From Acutalibacteraceae bacterium (GTDB taxonomy: Bacteria > Bacillota > Clostridia > Oscillospirales > Acutalibacteraceae): a stretch of 50,676 bases of DNA. The stretch spans positions 1 to 50,676 of the forward strand of contig JAZRMU010000007.1 in assembly GCA_045647785.1 (NCBI GenBank), read 5' to 3'. The translations under genes and the position numbers were made by a program. The notes beneath the pieces were generated by a model. It made no database searches, was not told the origin of the DNA, and saw only the letters and a list, made by a program, of their open reading frames with translations. Of this stretch, positions 1 to 9,049 are shown one piece after another; within the stretch, counting starts at the first letter, position 1; each line of letters begins with the position of its first letter.

Positions 1-33
1 ATGATGATATAAACGAGGCAGTGAAAGGATTAA

Positions 34-477
34 ATGGATTATTTAGATTTCAAAAGCTGGAAAAATTCGCACTGCATAGAAATGCGTGCACTTGAATTTT
101 CGCGGGCGGATAGTATATTTATTTTCACAAGATTCGCAATGCGTTCACCGATCTCGGTTGAAGGTCGGCAGCTAGTGTTCGCTGAAAGCATAGAAGAGGC
201 GATAGGCTATATCCGCCATATCTTTCTTTTTGATATTCTAACCGATTCTATAGACGATTTGCAATTCGATTATAAGTCAGCCGCACGACAAAGACAATTT
301 GATTCGGTAAAGCTGTTTTATTTTTGGTATAGATTCGCTCGTATTGCGCCGGGGGGTAACACTTTGCAAGAGCTTTGCAATGAGTTTAACGGCGCTTTTG
401 CAGAATCTCAAGATTTAAAATATGAAATAAAGGTTATATTTGGTATTGATGAATTGTATGAGTTCATTAAAAATTGA
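34..477 (+). CDS. hypothetical protein (147 aa), no family recognised
   Basis: Complete ORF with GAAAGGA just upstream of the ATG. A strong terminator follows at 492-526. The stop codon of a truncated upstream gene lies at 10-12. No motif recognised by eye. Confidence 0.5.
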   Translation: MDYLDFKSWKNSHCIEMRALEFSRADSIFIFTRFAMRSPISVEGRQLVFAESIEEAIGYIRHIFLFDILTDSIDDLQFDYKSAARQRQFDSVKLFYFWYRFARIAPGGNTLQELCNEFNGAFAESQDLKYEIKVIFGIDELYEFIKN

Positions 478-491
478 TTTTACTTTATGAT

Positions 492-526
492 AAATACTAC
501 CCATAGCGGGTAGTATTTATTTTTTA
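492..526 (+). terminator. rho-independent terminator after ORF 34-477
   Basis: Stem AAATACTACCC (492-502) pairs with GGGTAGTATTT (508-518). The loop is 5 nt and a T-run follows. Confidence 0.8.
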
Positions 527-693
527 ATTCCACACTCTATAAAAAATGAGATAGTCGGAATTTTTATAAAAGTGTAATTTTTCTTTTATAAAAGGGAAGT
601 TGCCTTTATTTGACTACATATTGACAATATTTTACTTGTTTTTTCTCAATTTATATTTTATTATTATAGTATAAAGTCGGAGGAGGCTTAATT

Positions 694-3015
694 ATGAACA
701 TAATCAGAAAGTTTAATGTTGTTGAAAAAGACCGTTGGATGAACTATAATCACACTATTTATAATAGCTTGGGCGAGAACGGTCAGCGCTTAACGGGCAG
801 CCAGAAGCATATCGACCTATCGCGTGAGGCTGCTGTGGAAGGCATGGTGCTTCTTGAGAATAATGGCATACTCCCCCTTAAAGAGGGCAGCCGTGTGGCG
901 ATCTTCGGTATAGGCAGTATTGACTATGTAAAGGGTGGCGGCGGAAGCGGTCAGGTATTTTCAAGCTATATCCGAAATGTTTATGAGGGCCTTGCTCTAA
1001 AAAGTCCCCGCGTTAGCGTTTGGGAGCCGATTTCTAAATATTATTACGATTATATGTGTGAGCACATTGATGAATTCGGTAATATAAATAACGATAAGCC
1101 GTCAACCGAAATTGAAGTTCCTACCGAACTTTTAGACGGTGCAAAGGAAAATGCCGATATAGCCGTTGTTGTTATTCATCGCTATTCGGGTGAGGGCTAT
1201 GACCGCGTTCAGGATAAGGGAGATTTCCTTCTGACAGATATTGAAGAAAATCTCGTGAAAGAGGTGGCGGCGCGTTTCGATAAAACCGTTGCTGTGCTCG
1301 ATATCGGCGGTATGATTGATGCTTCTTGGATTAAAAAATATAATTTCGATGCCGCTCTGCTTGCTTGGCAGGCAGGTCAGGAGGGTGGACTTGCCATTGC
1401 AGACATTCTTTGTGGCGATTGCAACCCCAGCGGTAAGCTTGTTGATACCTTTGCTGCTAATTTCAGCGATTATCCGTCGGCTGATACCTTCAACAAGAGC
1501 GACGACTATGTTGAGTATTTTGAGGACATTTATGTCGGCTACCGTTATTTTGAAACGATAAAAGGTGCCGCCGAAAAGGTTGATTATCCGTTTGGCTATG
1601 GACTTTCGTACACCGATTTTGAATTCAGCAAGCCCGTAGGTGCACAAAACGGAGATAACATTGAAATCACCTTTAGTGTTAAGAACATAGGAAGCGTAGC
1701 GGGCAAGGAGGTAGCGCAGTGCTACTATTCTGCACCGCAGGGCAAACTTGGCAAGCCTGCTTTAGAGCTTGCTGCCTTTAAGAAAACCAGATTATTATCA
1801 CCGGGGGAGAGCGAGGAAATCAAGCTCACTTTTAAAATCAGTGATATGGCAAGCTATGATGACCTTGGAAAGTGCCAAATGTCAGCATACATATTAGAGG
1901 GTGGCGAATACACCTTCCATATAGGTAACTCCTGCCGCAATACAGTAAAGGCTGAATATTCCTATGTAGTAAATGAGGAATTCGTTGTAACCGAGCAGCT
2001 GACACAGAAATGCGCACCGAATAAGCTCGAAAAGAGATTACTTTCCGATGGTAGCTTTGAAGCGTTGCCTTCTTATCCGATAATTAAGCACGAAATCGTG
2101 CGAGAGCCTAATAAAGCCGAAAAGCCCGAAGACACTGAATTTATTGAGGTCGCTGAGGGGAAAATCACGCTAGACGAATTTATGGCACAGCTGACCAATG
2201 ATGAGCTTATTCATCTTGTTGGCGGTATACCTAATCAGGGCTTGGCCAATACCTGCGGCTTTGGTGATATCGACCGTCTCAAAATCCCCGCATTTATGAC
2301 GGCTGATGGCCCTGCGGGACTTCGCCTATATCCCAAAATGGGCATACCTACAACGGCATTTCCGTGTGCAACGCTACTTGCTTGCACCTGGAATCCCGAA
2401 ATTGTCTACGAGATAGGTAAAGCGGGGGCGATAGAGTGCAAGGAAAATGGTATTGCTATATGGCTTACTCCGGCTCTTAATATCCACAGAAATCCGCTAT
2501 GTGGCAGAAACTTTGAGTATTTCAGTGAGGACCCGTTGATTGCGGGCGTTATGGCGGCTGCAAAGGTAAAGGGTATTCAGAGCACCAAAACGGCTTGCTC
2601 CATTAAGCATTTTGCTTGCAATAATAAAGAAACTAACCGCTTCTACAGCGATTCAAGGCTTTCTGAAAGAGCACTTCGCGAAATCTATTTAAAGGGCTTT
2701 GAAATCTGCGTTAAAACAGCCGATCCTTGGACGATTATGACCTCGTATAATATAATTAATGCTCGCCGCAGCTGCGAATGCTATGAGCTTATTCAAGGAA
2801 TTCTCCGTGATGAATGGGGCTTTGGCGGTATAGTTACAAGCGACTGGGGTGTACCATGCGACCATGCCGAGGTTGTAAAGGCGGGTAATGATATCCGTAT
2901 GCCTGATGGCCACTCCGATGAGCTTGCTGTAGCACTCAAATACGATAACCTTAAGCGTAGCGATTTAGAATTTTGCGCTAAACATTTGCTTGAGCTTTTC
3001 TTAAAGTTCGATTAA
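694..3015 (+). CDS. glycoside hydrolase family 3 (beta-glucosidase/beta-xylosidase-like), domain-permuted
   Basis: GGAGGAGG SD precedes the ATG. The GH3 C-terminal sandwich-type region (KGGGGSGQV, FGYGLSYTDF) and an Fn3-like segment come first. The GH3 catalytic barrel follows (LRLYP, KHFACNNKETNR, nucleophile context VTSDWG). Confidence 0.9.
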   Translation: MNIIRKFNVVEKDRWMNYNHTIYNSLGENGQRLTGSQKHIDLSREAAVEGMVLLENNGILPLKEGSRVAIFGIGSIDYVKGGGGSGQVFSSYIRNVYEGLALKSPRVSVWEPISKYYYDYMCEHIDEFGNINNDKPSTEIEVPTELLDGAKENADIAVVVIHRYSGEGYDRVQDKGDFLLTDIEENLVKEVAARFDKTVAVLDIGGMIDASWIKKYNFDAALLAWQAGQEGGLAIADILCGDCNPSGKLVDTFAANFSDYPSADTFNKSDDYVEYFEDIYVGYRYFETIKGAAEKVDYPFGYGLSYTDFEFSKPVGAQNGDNIEITFSVKNIGSVAGKEVAQCYYSAPQGKLGKPALELAAFKKTRLLSPGESEEIKLTFKISDMASYDDLGKCQMSAYILEGGEYTFHIGNSCRNTVKAEYSYVVNEEFVVTEQLTQKCAPNKLEKRLLSDGSFEALPSYPIIKHEIVREPNKAEKPEDTEFIEVAEGKITLDEFMAQLTNDELIHLVGGIPNQGLANTCGFGDIDRLKIPAFMTADGPAGLRLYPKMGIPTTAFPCATLLACTWNPEIVYEIGKAGAIECKENGIAIWLTPALNIHRNPLCGRNFEYFSEDPLIAGVMAAAKVKGIQSTKTACSIKHFACNNKETNRFYSDSRLSERALREIYLKGFEICVKTADPWTIMTSYNIINARRSCECYELIQGILRDEWGFGGIVTSDWGVPCDHAEVVKAGNDIRMPDGHSDELAVALKYDNLKRSDLEFCAKHLLELFLKFD

Positions 3016-3021
3016 TAAAAT

Positions 3022-3053
3022 AAAAAACACCCTCCGTGTGGAGGGTGTTTTTA
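3022..3053. terminator. bidirectional rho-independent terminator (GH3 gene / UPF0210 gene)
   Basis: AAAAACACCCTCC (3023-3035) pairs with GGAGGGTGTTTTT (3040-3052). The loop is GTGT. The A-run and T-run flanks let it act on both strands. Confidence 0.85.
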
Positions 3054-3096
3054 TGTCCAAGTAGTTAATTTATCATTGTGTCGTTTGCCTTAATAA

Positions 3097-4458
3097 TTAG
3101 TTCTTAAGACTTTGTATCGGTGCGGGGATTTGACCTCCGCGCGATATGAATTTAAGAGGCGACATAGTGTTAACCTTCATAACAGGACCGCTACCCAGCA
3201 GACCTCCGAAATTAAGCTCCTCGCCAACCTGCTTGCCAATAGCGGGAATAACTCTGACAGCAGTTGTCTTCGAGTTAATCATACCAATGGCGGCCTCATC
3301 GGCAATAATTGCCGAAATTACCTCCGGTGGGGTATCGCCGGGGATATTTATCATATCAAGACCAACGCTGCAAACTGCGGTCATAGCCTCAAGCTTTTCA
3401 ATGGTAAGAACGCCGGCTCTTGCTGCGTCTATCATACCTGCGTCCTCGGTAACGGGGATGAATGCGCCCGACAGTCCGCCAACGCGGGATGAAGCCATTA
3501 CTCCACCTTTTTTAACCGCATCGTTTAGCATTGCGAGCGCCGCGGTAGTACCGCAAGAACCGCACATTTCAAGACCTATTTCCTCAAGAATATGTGCCAC
3601 GGAGTCGCCAACTGCGGGGGTGGGGGCAAGGGATAAATCCACAATACCGAAAGGAACACCAAGTCGTGCAGATGCCTCGCGAGCGACGAGCTGACCCATA
3701 CGAGTGATTTTGAATGCGGTACGCTTGATAAGCTCGGCAACGCCTGTTAAATCAAGACCCTCGGAATTTTTAGCAAGAGCAGCACGAACAACTCCGGGAC
3801 CTGAAACACCCACATTTATAACACAATCAGCTTCGCCTACACCGTGGAAAGCACCGGCCATAAACGGGTTATCCTCGGGTGCGTTGCAAAATACAACAAG
3901 CTTTGCAGCGCCGATGCACTGGTTATCACTTGTTAATTCGGCTGCGCGCTTTACAACCTTACCCATTAAAGCGACTGCATCCATATTAATACCCGCTTTT
4001 GTTGAACCTATATTTACAGAAGAGCATATATGCTCTGTTTGTGCCAATGCTTCGGGTATACTTTCAATAAGCTCTCGGTCGCCAGCCGCAAAGCCCTTGC
4101 CAACAAGAGCTGAATAGCCACCGATAAAGTTAACGCCAACAGTTCTGGCTGCTTTTTCTAAAGCTAAAGCAAATTTAATCGGCTCTTTTTTCTCGCAGGC
4201 TGCTAAAATCATAGCAATCGGAGTAACCGAAATGCGCTTATTGATAATCGGTATACCAAGCTCGCGCTCAATCTGGCAGCAAACGGGAACGAGGTCTTTA
4301 GCGACTGTGGTAATCTTGTTGTAAACCTTTTCACAGGCTCTATTTATATCGGGGTCAATACAATCGAGCAGCGAAATGCCCATAGTTACCGTTCTTATAT
4401 CCAGATTTTCATTTTCAATCATCGAAATAGTTTCGAGAATATCGTTAGTGTTAAGCAT
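3097..4458 (-). CDS. UPF0210 / DUF711 family protein (PFL-like fold, unknown function)
   Basis: 453 aa, with the N-terminus [33 protein letters not shown] typical of UPF0210. A GAGGTGA SD is present. It lies 18 nt downstream of the ACT gene, its usual partner. Confidence 0.85.
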   Translation of the reverse strand: MLNTNDILETISMIENENLDIRTVTMGISLLDCIDPDINRACEKVYNKITTVAKDLVPVCCQIERELGIPIINKRISVTPIAMILAACEKKEPIKFALALEKAARTVGVNFIGGYSALVGKGFAAGDRELIESIPEALAQTEHICSSVNIGSTKAGINMDAVALMGKVVKRAAELTSDNQCIGAAKLVVFCNAPEDNPFMAGAFHGVGEADCVINVGVSGPGVVRAALAKNSEGLDLTGVAELIKRTAFKITRMGQLVAREASARLGVPFGIVDLSLAPTPAVGDSVAHILEEIGLEMCGSCGTTAALAMLNDAVKKGGVMASSRVGGLSGAFIPVTEDAGMIDAARAGVLTIEKLEAMTAVCSVGLDMINIPGDTPPEVISAIIADEAAIGMINSKTTAVRVIPAIGKQVGEELNFGGLLGSGPVMKVNTMSPLKFISRGGQIPAPIQSLKN

Positions 4459-4476
4459 AATATCACCTCGCGGGGC

Positions 4477-4755
4477 TTAAATTCTGTGCATTGAGTTAAA
4501 TAGGTCTTCGTGCATTACATGAATTTTCATATTCATTGTATCACCGAATTTTTCCATATCCTCTGCAAACTCGGCGAAGCTGCCTTTTATCTCATCAACC
4601 TCACCAATCATAATCATACAGAACATACCTTTAAGTATAGACTGTGTAACCTCCGCTACATTAACATTATATTCTGCACATTTTCCCGATACCTTGGCTA
4701 ATATACCAACAGCATCTTTTCCTACAACTGTAATAACCGTTTTAATAAGAATCAC
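4477..4755 (-). CDS. ACT domain protein, UPF0237 family
   Basis: VITVVGKDAVGILAKVSGKCAEYNVNV is an ACT-domain N-terminus. Pairing with UPF0210 is conserved. Start uncertain: the GTG at 4755 overlaps the only SD, so an ATT at 4746 is a possible start (see findings). Confidence 0.8.
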   Translation of the reverse strand: MILIKTVITVVGKDAVGILAKVSGKCAEYNVNVAEVTQSILKGMFCMIMIGEVDEIKGSFAEFAEDMEKFGDTMNMKIHVMHEDLFNSMHRI

Positions 4756-4867
4756 TCCTATATATTATTATTTTAGATTATATCACAGTGAATAAAGGTT
4801 GTAAAGAAAAAATATCTTTATTTTTCAACCATATTGTGCTATTATAATAAAAGTGGAGGTTTTGCTT

Positions 4868-5350
4868 ATGAATACTAAACTACTTAAATTATTAAATAAA
4901 AATGCGAGATATACTATAGCCGAGCTTGCGGCTATGCTTGGTGTTGCCGAGAATCAGGTGGCAGCAGACCTTAAAGAGCTGGAAAAAGAGGGCGTTATCC
5001 ACGGATACAAACCGATTATCGACTGGGAAAAGGTGGATAGTGTTATGGTATCCGCTATAATAGAACTGAAGGTAACACCTAAATCAGGTCTTGGCTTTGA
5101 GGAAGTTGCCGAGCGTGTTATGCGCTACAACGAGGTTGAGAGTGTTTACCTTATGTCGGGCGGTTATGACCTTTGCGTGCTTGTTAAGGGCAAAACCTTC
5201 CAGCAGGTAGCTATGTTCGTTGCGAAGGAGCTTTCAACTATCGATTCGGTTGTTTCAACCTCAACTCATTTTGTGCTGCGTCGCTATAAGGAGCAGGATA
5301 TTTGTTTGTTCGACGGCAGTAGCGACGATAGGGGGATAATTTCTCTGTGA
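4868..5350 (+). CDS. Lrp/AsnC family transcriptional regulator
   Basis: N-terminal HTH (ARYTIAELAAMLGVAENQVAADLKELEKEGVI) followed by an AsnC-type ligand domain. The GGAGG at 4855-4859 favours the ATG at 4868 over the GTG at 4853. Confidence 0.85.
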   Translation: MNTKLLKLLNKNARYTIAELAAMLGVAENQVAADLKELEKEGVIHGYKPIIDWEKVDSVMVSAIIELKVTPKSGLGFEEVAERVMRYNEVESVYLMSGGYDLCVLVKGKTFQQVAMFVAKELSTIDSVVSTSTHFVLRRYKEQDICLFDGSSDDRGIISL

Positions 5351-6519
5351 TAGACTACAGCAAAATACTCAATAAGACCATAACCGAAGTTAAGCCCTCG
5401 GGAATTCGCAAATTTTTCGATATTGCCGAGAGTATGGAGGATGTTATTTCTCTTGGTGTAGGTGAACCTGATTTTCCCACACCTTGGAATATTCGTGCTG
5501 CAGGTATAAGGGCGCTCGAAAAAGGGAAAACCCGCTATACCTCTAATAAAGGCTTGGATGCCTTGTGCCAAGAAATTTCGGTTTATATGCAAAGAAAATA
5601 TAATATTGGCTACAACCCTAAAAATGAAGTTTTAGTAACGGTTGGCGGTAGTGAGGCTATCGATATGACCGTTCGCAGTCTTGTGAATGAGGGCGATGAG
5701 GTTATAATTCCACAGCCCAGTTACGTTTGCTATGAGCCTATTGTAAGGTTGGCAGGTGGAGTGCCTGTAATAATCGAAACCAAGGCTGAAAATGATTTCA
5801 AGGTAACACCCGAGGAGCTAAAGTCAAAGCTTTCAGATAAAACCAAGGCTTTGATACTACCATATCCCTGCAATCCGACAGGCGCTATAATGGAAAGGGA
5901 GGACCTTGAAAAAATTGCCGAGGTTCTTGAGGGCACTAATGTTATTGTTATTTCGGATGAAATTTATTCAGAACTCACCTTTAGTGGTGTGAAGCATACC
6001 TCTATAGCATCTATTGGTAATATGCGTGAGCGCACCGTTGTTATAAACGGTTTTTCAAAATCCTTTTCTATGACGGGCTGGCGTTTAGGCTTTGCCTGTG
6101 GACCAAAAGAGATAATCCGCGAAGTAACCAAGCTGCACCAATATGCTATTATGTGTGCCCCGACCGTTTCGCAATATGCCGCTGTTGAGGCGCTTAAAAA
6201 CTGCGATGAAGCAGTTGAGGATATGCTCGAGGAGTATGATTCGAGAAGACAACTCGTGGTGAAGGGATTTAATGATTTAGGTCTTACCTGTCGTGAGCCG
6301 AAGGGTGCTTTTTACGCATTTCCTTGCATTTCGTCGACGGGTATGACCAGCGATGAATTCTGCGAGAAGCTGCTTATGGCTAAAAAAGTAGCTTTGGTAC
6401 CCGGTACCGCATTCGGTCTTGGAGGCGAGGGCTTTGTACGCGTTTCATATTGCTATTCGGTAGAGCATCTCAAAACAGCGCTCGAGCGTATTGGAGAATT
6501 TTTAGAGGAATTAAAGTAG
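5347..6519 (+). CDS. class I/II pyridoxal-phosphate aminotransferase (aspartate/aromatic type)
   Basis: SKSFSMTGWRLG carries the PLP-lysine motif, and NPTG and LGVGEPDF motifs are present. The GTG start overlaps the Lrp stop (GTGA). Confidence 0.9.
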   Translation: MIDYSKILNKTITEVKPSGIRKFFDIAESMEDVISLGVGEPDFPTPWNIRAAGIRALEKGKTRYTSNKGLDALCQEISVYMQRKYNIGYNPKNEVLVTVGGSEAIDMTVRSLVNEGDEVIIPQPSYVCYEPIVRLAGGVPVIIETKAENDFKVTPEELKSKLSDKTKALILPYPCNPTGAIMEREDLEKIAEVLEGTNVIVISDEIYSELTFSGVKHTSIASIGNMRERTVVINGFSKSFSMTGWRLGFACGPKEIIREVTKLHQYAIMCAPTVSQYAAVEALKNCDEAVEDMLEEYDSRRQLVVKGFNDLGLTCREPKGAFYAFPCISSTGMTSDEFCEKLLMAKKVALVPGTAFGLGGEGFVRVSYCYSVEHLKTALERIGEFLEELK

Positions 6520-6528
6520 GTAAATGCC

Positions 6529-7380
6529 GTGAAATTAACAGCAAAGGCAAATGCTAAAATCAATTTAACACTGGATATTTTAGGCAAAAGACAGGACGGA
6601 TATCACCTGGTGGATATGATTATGCAATCGGTAAGCCTTTATGATACTGTGAGCGTAGAAGATACCGACAATGGTATTACGGTTGTATCCGACAATGCGG
6701 TGCTTGGCGGTGAAAACGATATTTGCTATATTGCCGCAAAAATGTTTTTTGAAGAAAGCGGTGTATGCGGTGGAGCCAAAATCACCGTTTCAAAAAATAT
6801 TCCGCTTGCTGCAGGTCTTGGCGGCGGCAGCGCAGATGCTGCTGCGGTGCTTTTAATGCTGAATAAATTATTCGGCGCACCTTTAGATAAGGCGGTGCTT
6901 CATAAACTCGCCGTGCGGCTTGGCGCAGATGTCCCATTCTTTTTAGATGGCGGTACTGTACGCGTCGGAGGAATAGGGGAAATTTTTGTTCCACTCGCCG
7001 ATATGCCCAAGTGCTTTATCGTAATTGCTAAAAACGGCGAAAAAGGCTCAACTCGGCAGATGTACGAAATTATTGATTCAAAGCCCATAATCAGCCGCCC
7101 TGACAACGAAAAGGCAGTAGAGGCGATACAAAACGGCGATTTAGATATGCTTGCTAAAAATATGTGTAATGTATTCTCTTGTGCGTGGCAGCACAATGTC
7201 GTAGAGGATATTATGGCTTCTAACAATGCGCTGGCGGTATCCTTGAGCGGCAGCGGTCCATCTTTTTTTGGCGTATATAAAAATAGTGCCGATGCGGCAG
7301 CGGCAGTCGAGGAGCTTAAAGGTAAAGGTATAGCTGCGTTTTTGGCTGAACCGGTCGAAAAGGCAATAGAAATTGAATAA
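6529..7380 (+). CDS. ispE: 4-diphosphocytidyl-2-C-methyl-D-erythritol kinase
   Basis: N-terminus KANAKINLTLDILGKRQDGYH and the GHMP kinase motif IPLAAGLGGGSADAAA. Confidence 0.9.
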   Translation: MKLTAKANAKINLTLDILGKRQDGYHLVDMIMQSVSLYDTVSVEDTDNGITVVSDNAVLGGENDICYIAAKMFFEESGVCGGAKITVSKNIPLAAGLGGGSADAAAVLLMLNKLFGAPLDKAVLHKLAVRLGADVPFFLDGGTVRVGGIGEIFVPLADMPKCFIVIAKNGEKGSTRQMYEIIDSKPIISRPDNEKAVEAIQNGDLDMLAKNMCNVFSCAWQHNVVEDIMASNNALAVSLSGSGPSFFGVYKNSADAAAAVEELKGKGIAAFLAEPVEKAIEIE

Positions 7381-7403
7381 AACTTTAAATCTTTGTCAAT
7401 ATT

Positions 7404-7439
7404 TCCTTTGGATGATTTTTCCAAAGGAGATATTTTTTT
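7404..7439 (+). terminator. hairpin plus T-run after ispE; its 3' arm contains the spoIIR SD
   Basis: TCCTTTGG (7404-7411) pairs with CCAAAGGA (7421-7428) across a 9-nt loop. GATATTTTTTT follows, ending at the spoIIR ATG. Confidence 0.5.
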
Positions 7440-8051
7440 ATGAAGAAATTAGATTTAAGACTTTTTAAAGTGGCACTTATTTTAGCGCTTATTGTATCGG
7501 TGCTTATAAGCTCGGTGAGCTTTGAAGCAAGCTGCAGGGAGCTAAAAGAAAATATTTTAAGATTGCATATAATTGCAAATTCCGATAGTGAAGCAGACCA
7601 GGCGTTGAAGCTTAAGGTGCGTGATGCGGTTTTAAGCGTCGGCAGTGAAAAATTAGAGAGTGTCGATAATATTAAGGATGCCATAACGGTTGCGGATGGT
7701 AATGTAGATGAATATTTAAAGGCAGCAAAGCAGGTAATAAAGGAAAATGGATATAACTATAATGTAACCGCCGAAATAAAAAAGACCTATTTTTCAACAC
7801 GGGTTTATGAAAGCTTCACTCTGCCTGCGGGCGAATATGAGGCATTACAGATTATAATAGGCGAGGGAAAAGGTAAAAATTGGTGGTGCGTTATGTATCC
7901 GGCAGTTTGTTTGACATCAGCAGCAAGGCTAGATAACGCTGTAAGTGATAGTGCAGCAGTGGTTGCAGAAGGCTCTGAAAGGTTTAAAATAGGCTTCAAA
8001 ACGGTTGAAATTATAGAATCTATAAAAAAATTTTTCAAAAAGCGTAAATAA
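7440..8051 (+). CDS. spoIIR: stage II sporulation protein R
   Basis: Signal/TM segment followed by [26 protein letters not shown] and the NWWCVMYP motifs characteristic of SpoIIR. Confidence 0.85.
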   Translation: MKKLDLRLFKVALILALIVSVLISSVSFEASCRELKENILRLHIIANSDSEADQALKLKVRDAVLSVGSEKLESVDNIKDAITVADGNVDEYLKAAKQVIKENGYNYNVTAEIKKTYFSTRVYESFTLPAGEYEALQIIIGEGKGKNWWCVMYPAVCLTSAARLDNAVSDSAAVVAEGSERFKIGFKTVEIIESIKKFFKKRK

Positions 8052-8054
8052 TGC

Positions 8055-8083
8055 TTGCATTTTGGAATGTTTTGTGGTATTAT
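8055..8083 (+). promoter_or_regulatory. sigma-A type promoter for rpmE
   Basis: TTGCAT (8055-8060), a 17-nt spacer ending in TGTGG (TRTG extended -10), then TATTAT (8078-8083). Confidence 0.6.
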
Positions 8084-8119
8084 CCTATTGTTAACGAATT
8101 TTTTGAAAGGGGTGACACT

Positions 8120-8320
8120 ATGAAACAGGGTATTCATCCTACCTATGAAAAGACTGTTGTTAAGTGTGCTTGCGGTGCGGAGTTTGAAACTCGCTCAACA
8201 AAGAAGGAAATCCATCTTGATATCTGCTCAAAATGTCATCCGTTCTTTACCGGCAGACAGAAACTTGTTGATACAGGCGGACGCGTAGATAGATTTAACA
8301 AGCGTTTTGGCTTAAAATAA
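8120..8320 (+). CDS. rpmE: 50S ribosomal protein L31 (Zn-ribbon type)
   Basis: MKQGIHPTY... with CxCG and [10 protein letters not shown] motifs. A GAAAGGGG SD lies upstream. The ORF-track start at 8051 is an upstream extension across the promoter. Confidence 0.95.
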   Translation: MKQGIHPTYEKTVVKCACGAEFETRSTKKEIHLDICSKCHPFFTGRQKLVDTGGRVDRFNKRFGLK

Positions 8321-8332
8321 GTTTAAAAGTAT

Positions 8333-8366
8333 ACCGTAACCGCAAAGGGTTACGGTTTTCTTTTTC
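8333..8366 (+). terminator. rho-independent terminator after rpmE
   Basis: ACCGTAACC pairs with GGTTACGGT, followed by TTTCTTTTT. Confidence 0.85.
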
Positions 8367-8376
8367 GGAGTAAGTT

Positions 8377-8997
8377 ATGAGTTCATATAAAACTATAAAA
8401 ACTGAATATGTTTTTGAATTAACCGAAAAGCGCTCGCGTTTTATTGCAACTCTTATTCCTATTGAAAGTGAGGAGCAGGCTTCGGAGTATATTGCGGCGC
8501 TGCGAAGCAAGTATTGGGATGCCAAGCATAATGTTTTTGCATATTCGGTTGCCGAGGGAAACCTAAAGCGCTTCTCTGACGACGGCGAGCCGCATGGAAC
8601 TGCGGGCAAGCCTGTATTGGATGTTATTGAGGGAGCAGGACTAAAAAATGTTTTACTGGTGGTAACCCGCTATTTTGGCGGAGTGCTGCTTGGCACGGGC
8701 GGACTTGTTCGCGCTTATTCGGGCGCGGCGCACGGCGCAGTAGCCGCAGCCGACATAAAAACAATGACACTTTGCCGCGAACTTGAAATTGAATGTGAGT
8801 ATCCGTTTTTTGATAGCCTTGAAAATGTATTAAAGGGTATTGAAGGCGGCGTGCTTGATACACAGTTTACCAATAAGGTTTGTGTAACTGTTTTTATAAA
8901 CGATACTGTATCCGACGACTTTTGCAGCAAGCTTATCGACCAATTCTGCGGAAAAATATCGATTAAAACAAAAAATCAAAAATATTATCCAATTTAA
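8377..8997 (+). CDS. YigZ / IMPACT (UPF0029) family protein
   Basis: KRSRFIA and the DDGEPHGTAGKPVL motif, followed by VVTRYFGGVLLGTGGLVRAY. Confidence 0.85.
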   Translation: MSSYKTIKTEYVFELTEKRSRFIATLIPIESEEQASEYIAALRSKYWDAKHNVFAYSVAEGNLKRFSDDGEPHGTAGKPVLDVIEGAGLKNVLLVVTRYFGGVLLGTGGLVRAYSGAAHGAVAAADIKTMTLCRELEIECEYPFFDSLENVLKGIEGGVLDTQFTNKVCVTVFINDTVSDDFCSKLIDQFCGKISIKTKNQKYYPI

Positions 8998-9049
8998 TTG
9001 ATGAAAATAAAGGTTTTCGACAATTATTTGCGAATATAATATATAGAAA

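Noticed and set aside
3146-4117. Long plus-strand ORFs (182 aa and 137 aa) inside the UPF0210 gene
   Set aside because: They are antisense to a well-supported CDS. Their Pro/Ser/Ala-rich composition is typical of antisense frames, and they have no SD.
8051-8119. Upstream extension of the L31 ORF
   Set aside because: It covers the predicted rpmE promoter. Canonical L31 begins at MKQGIHP (8120), which has an SD.
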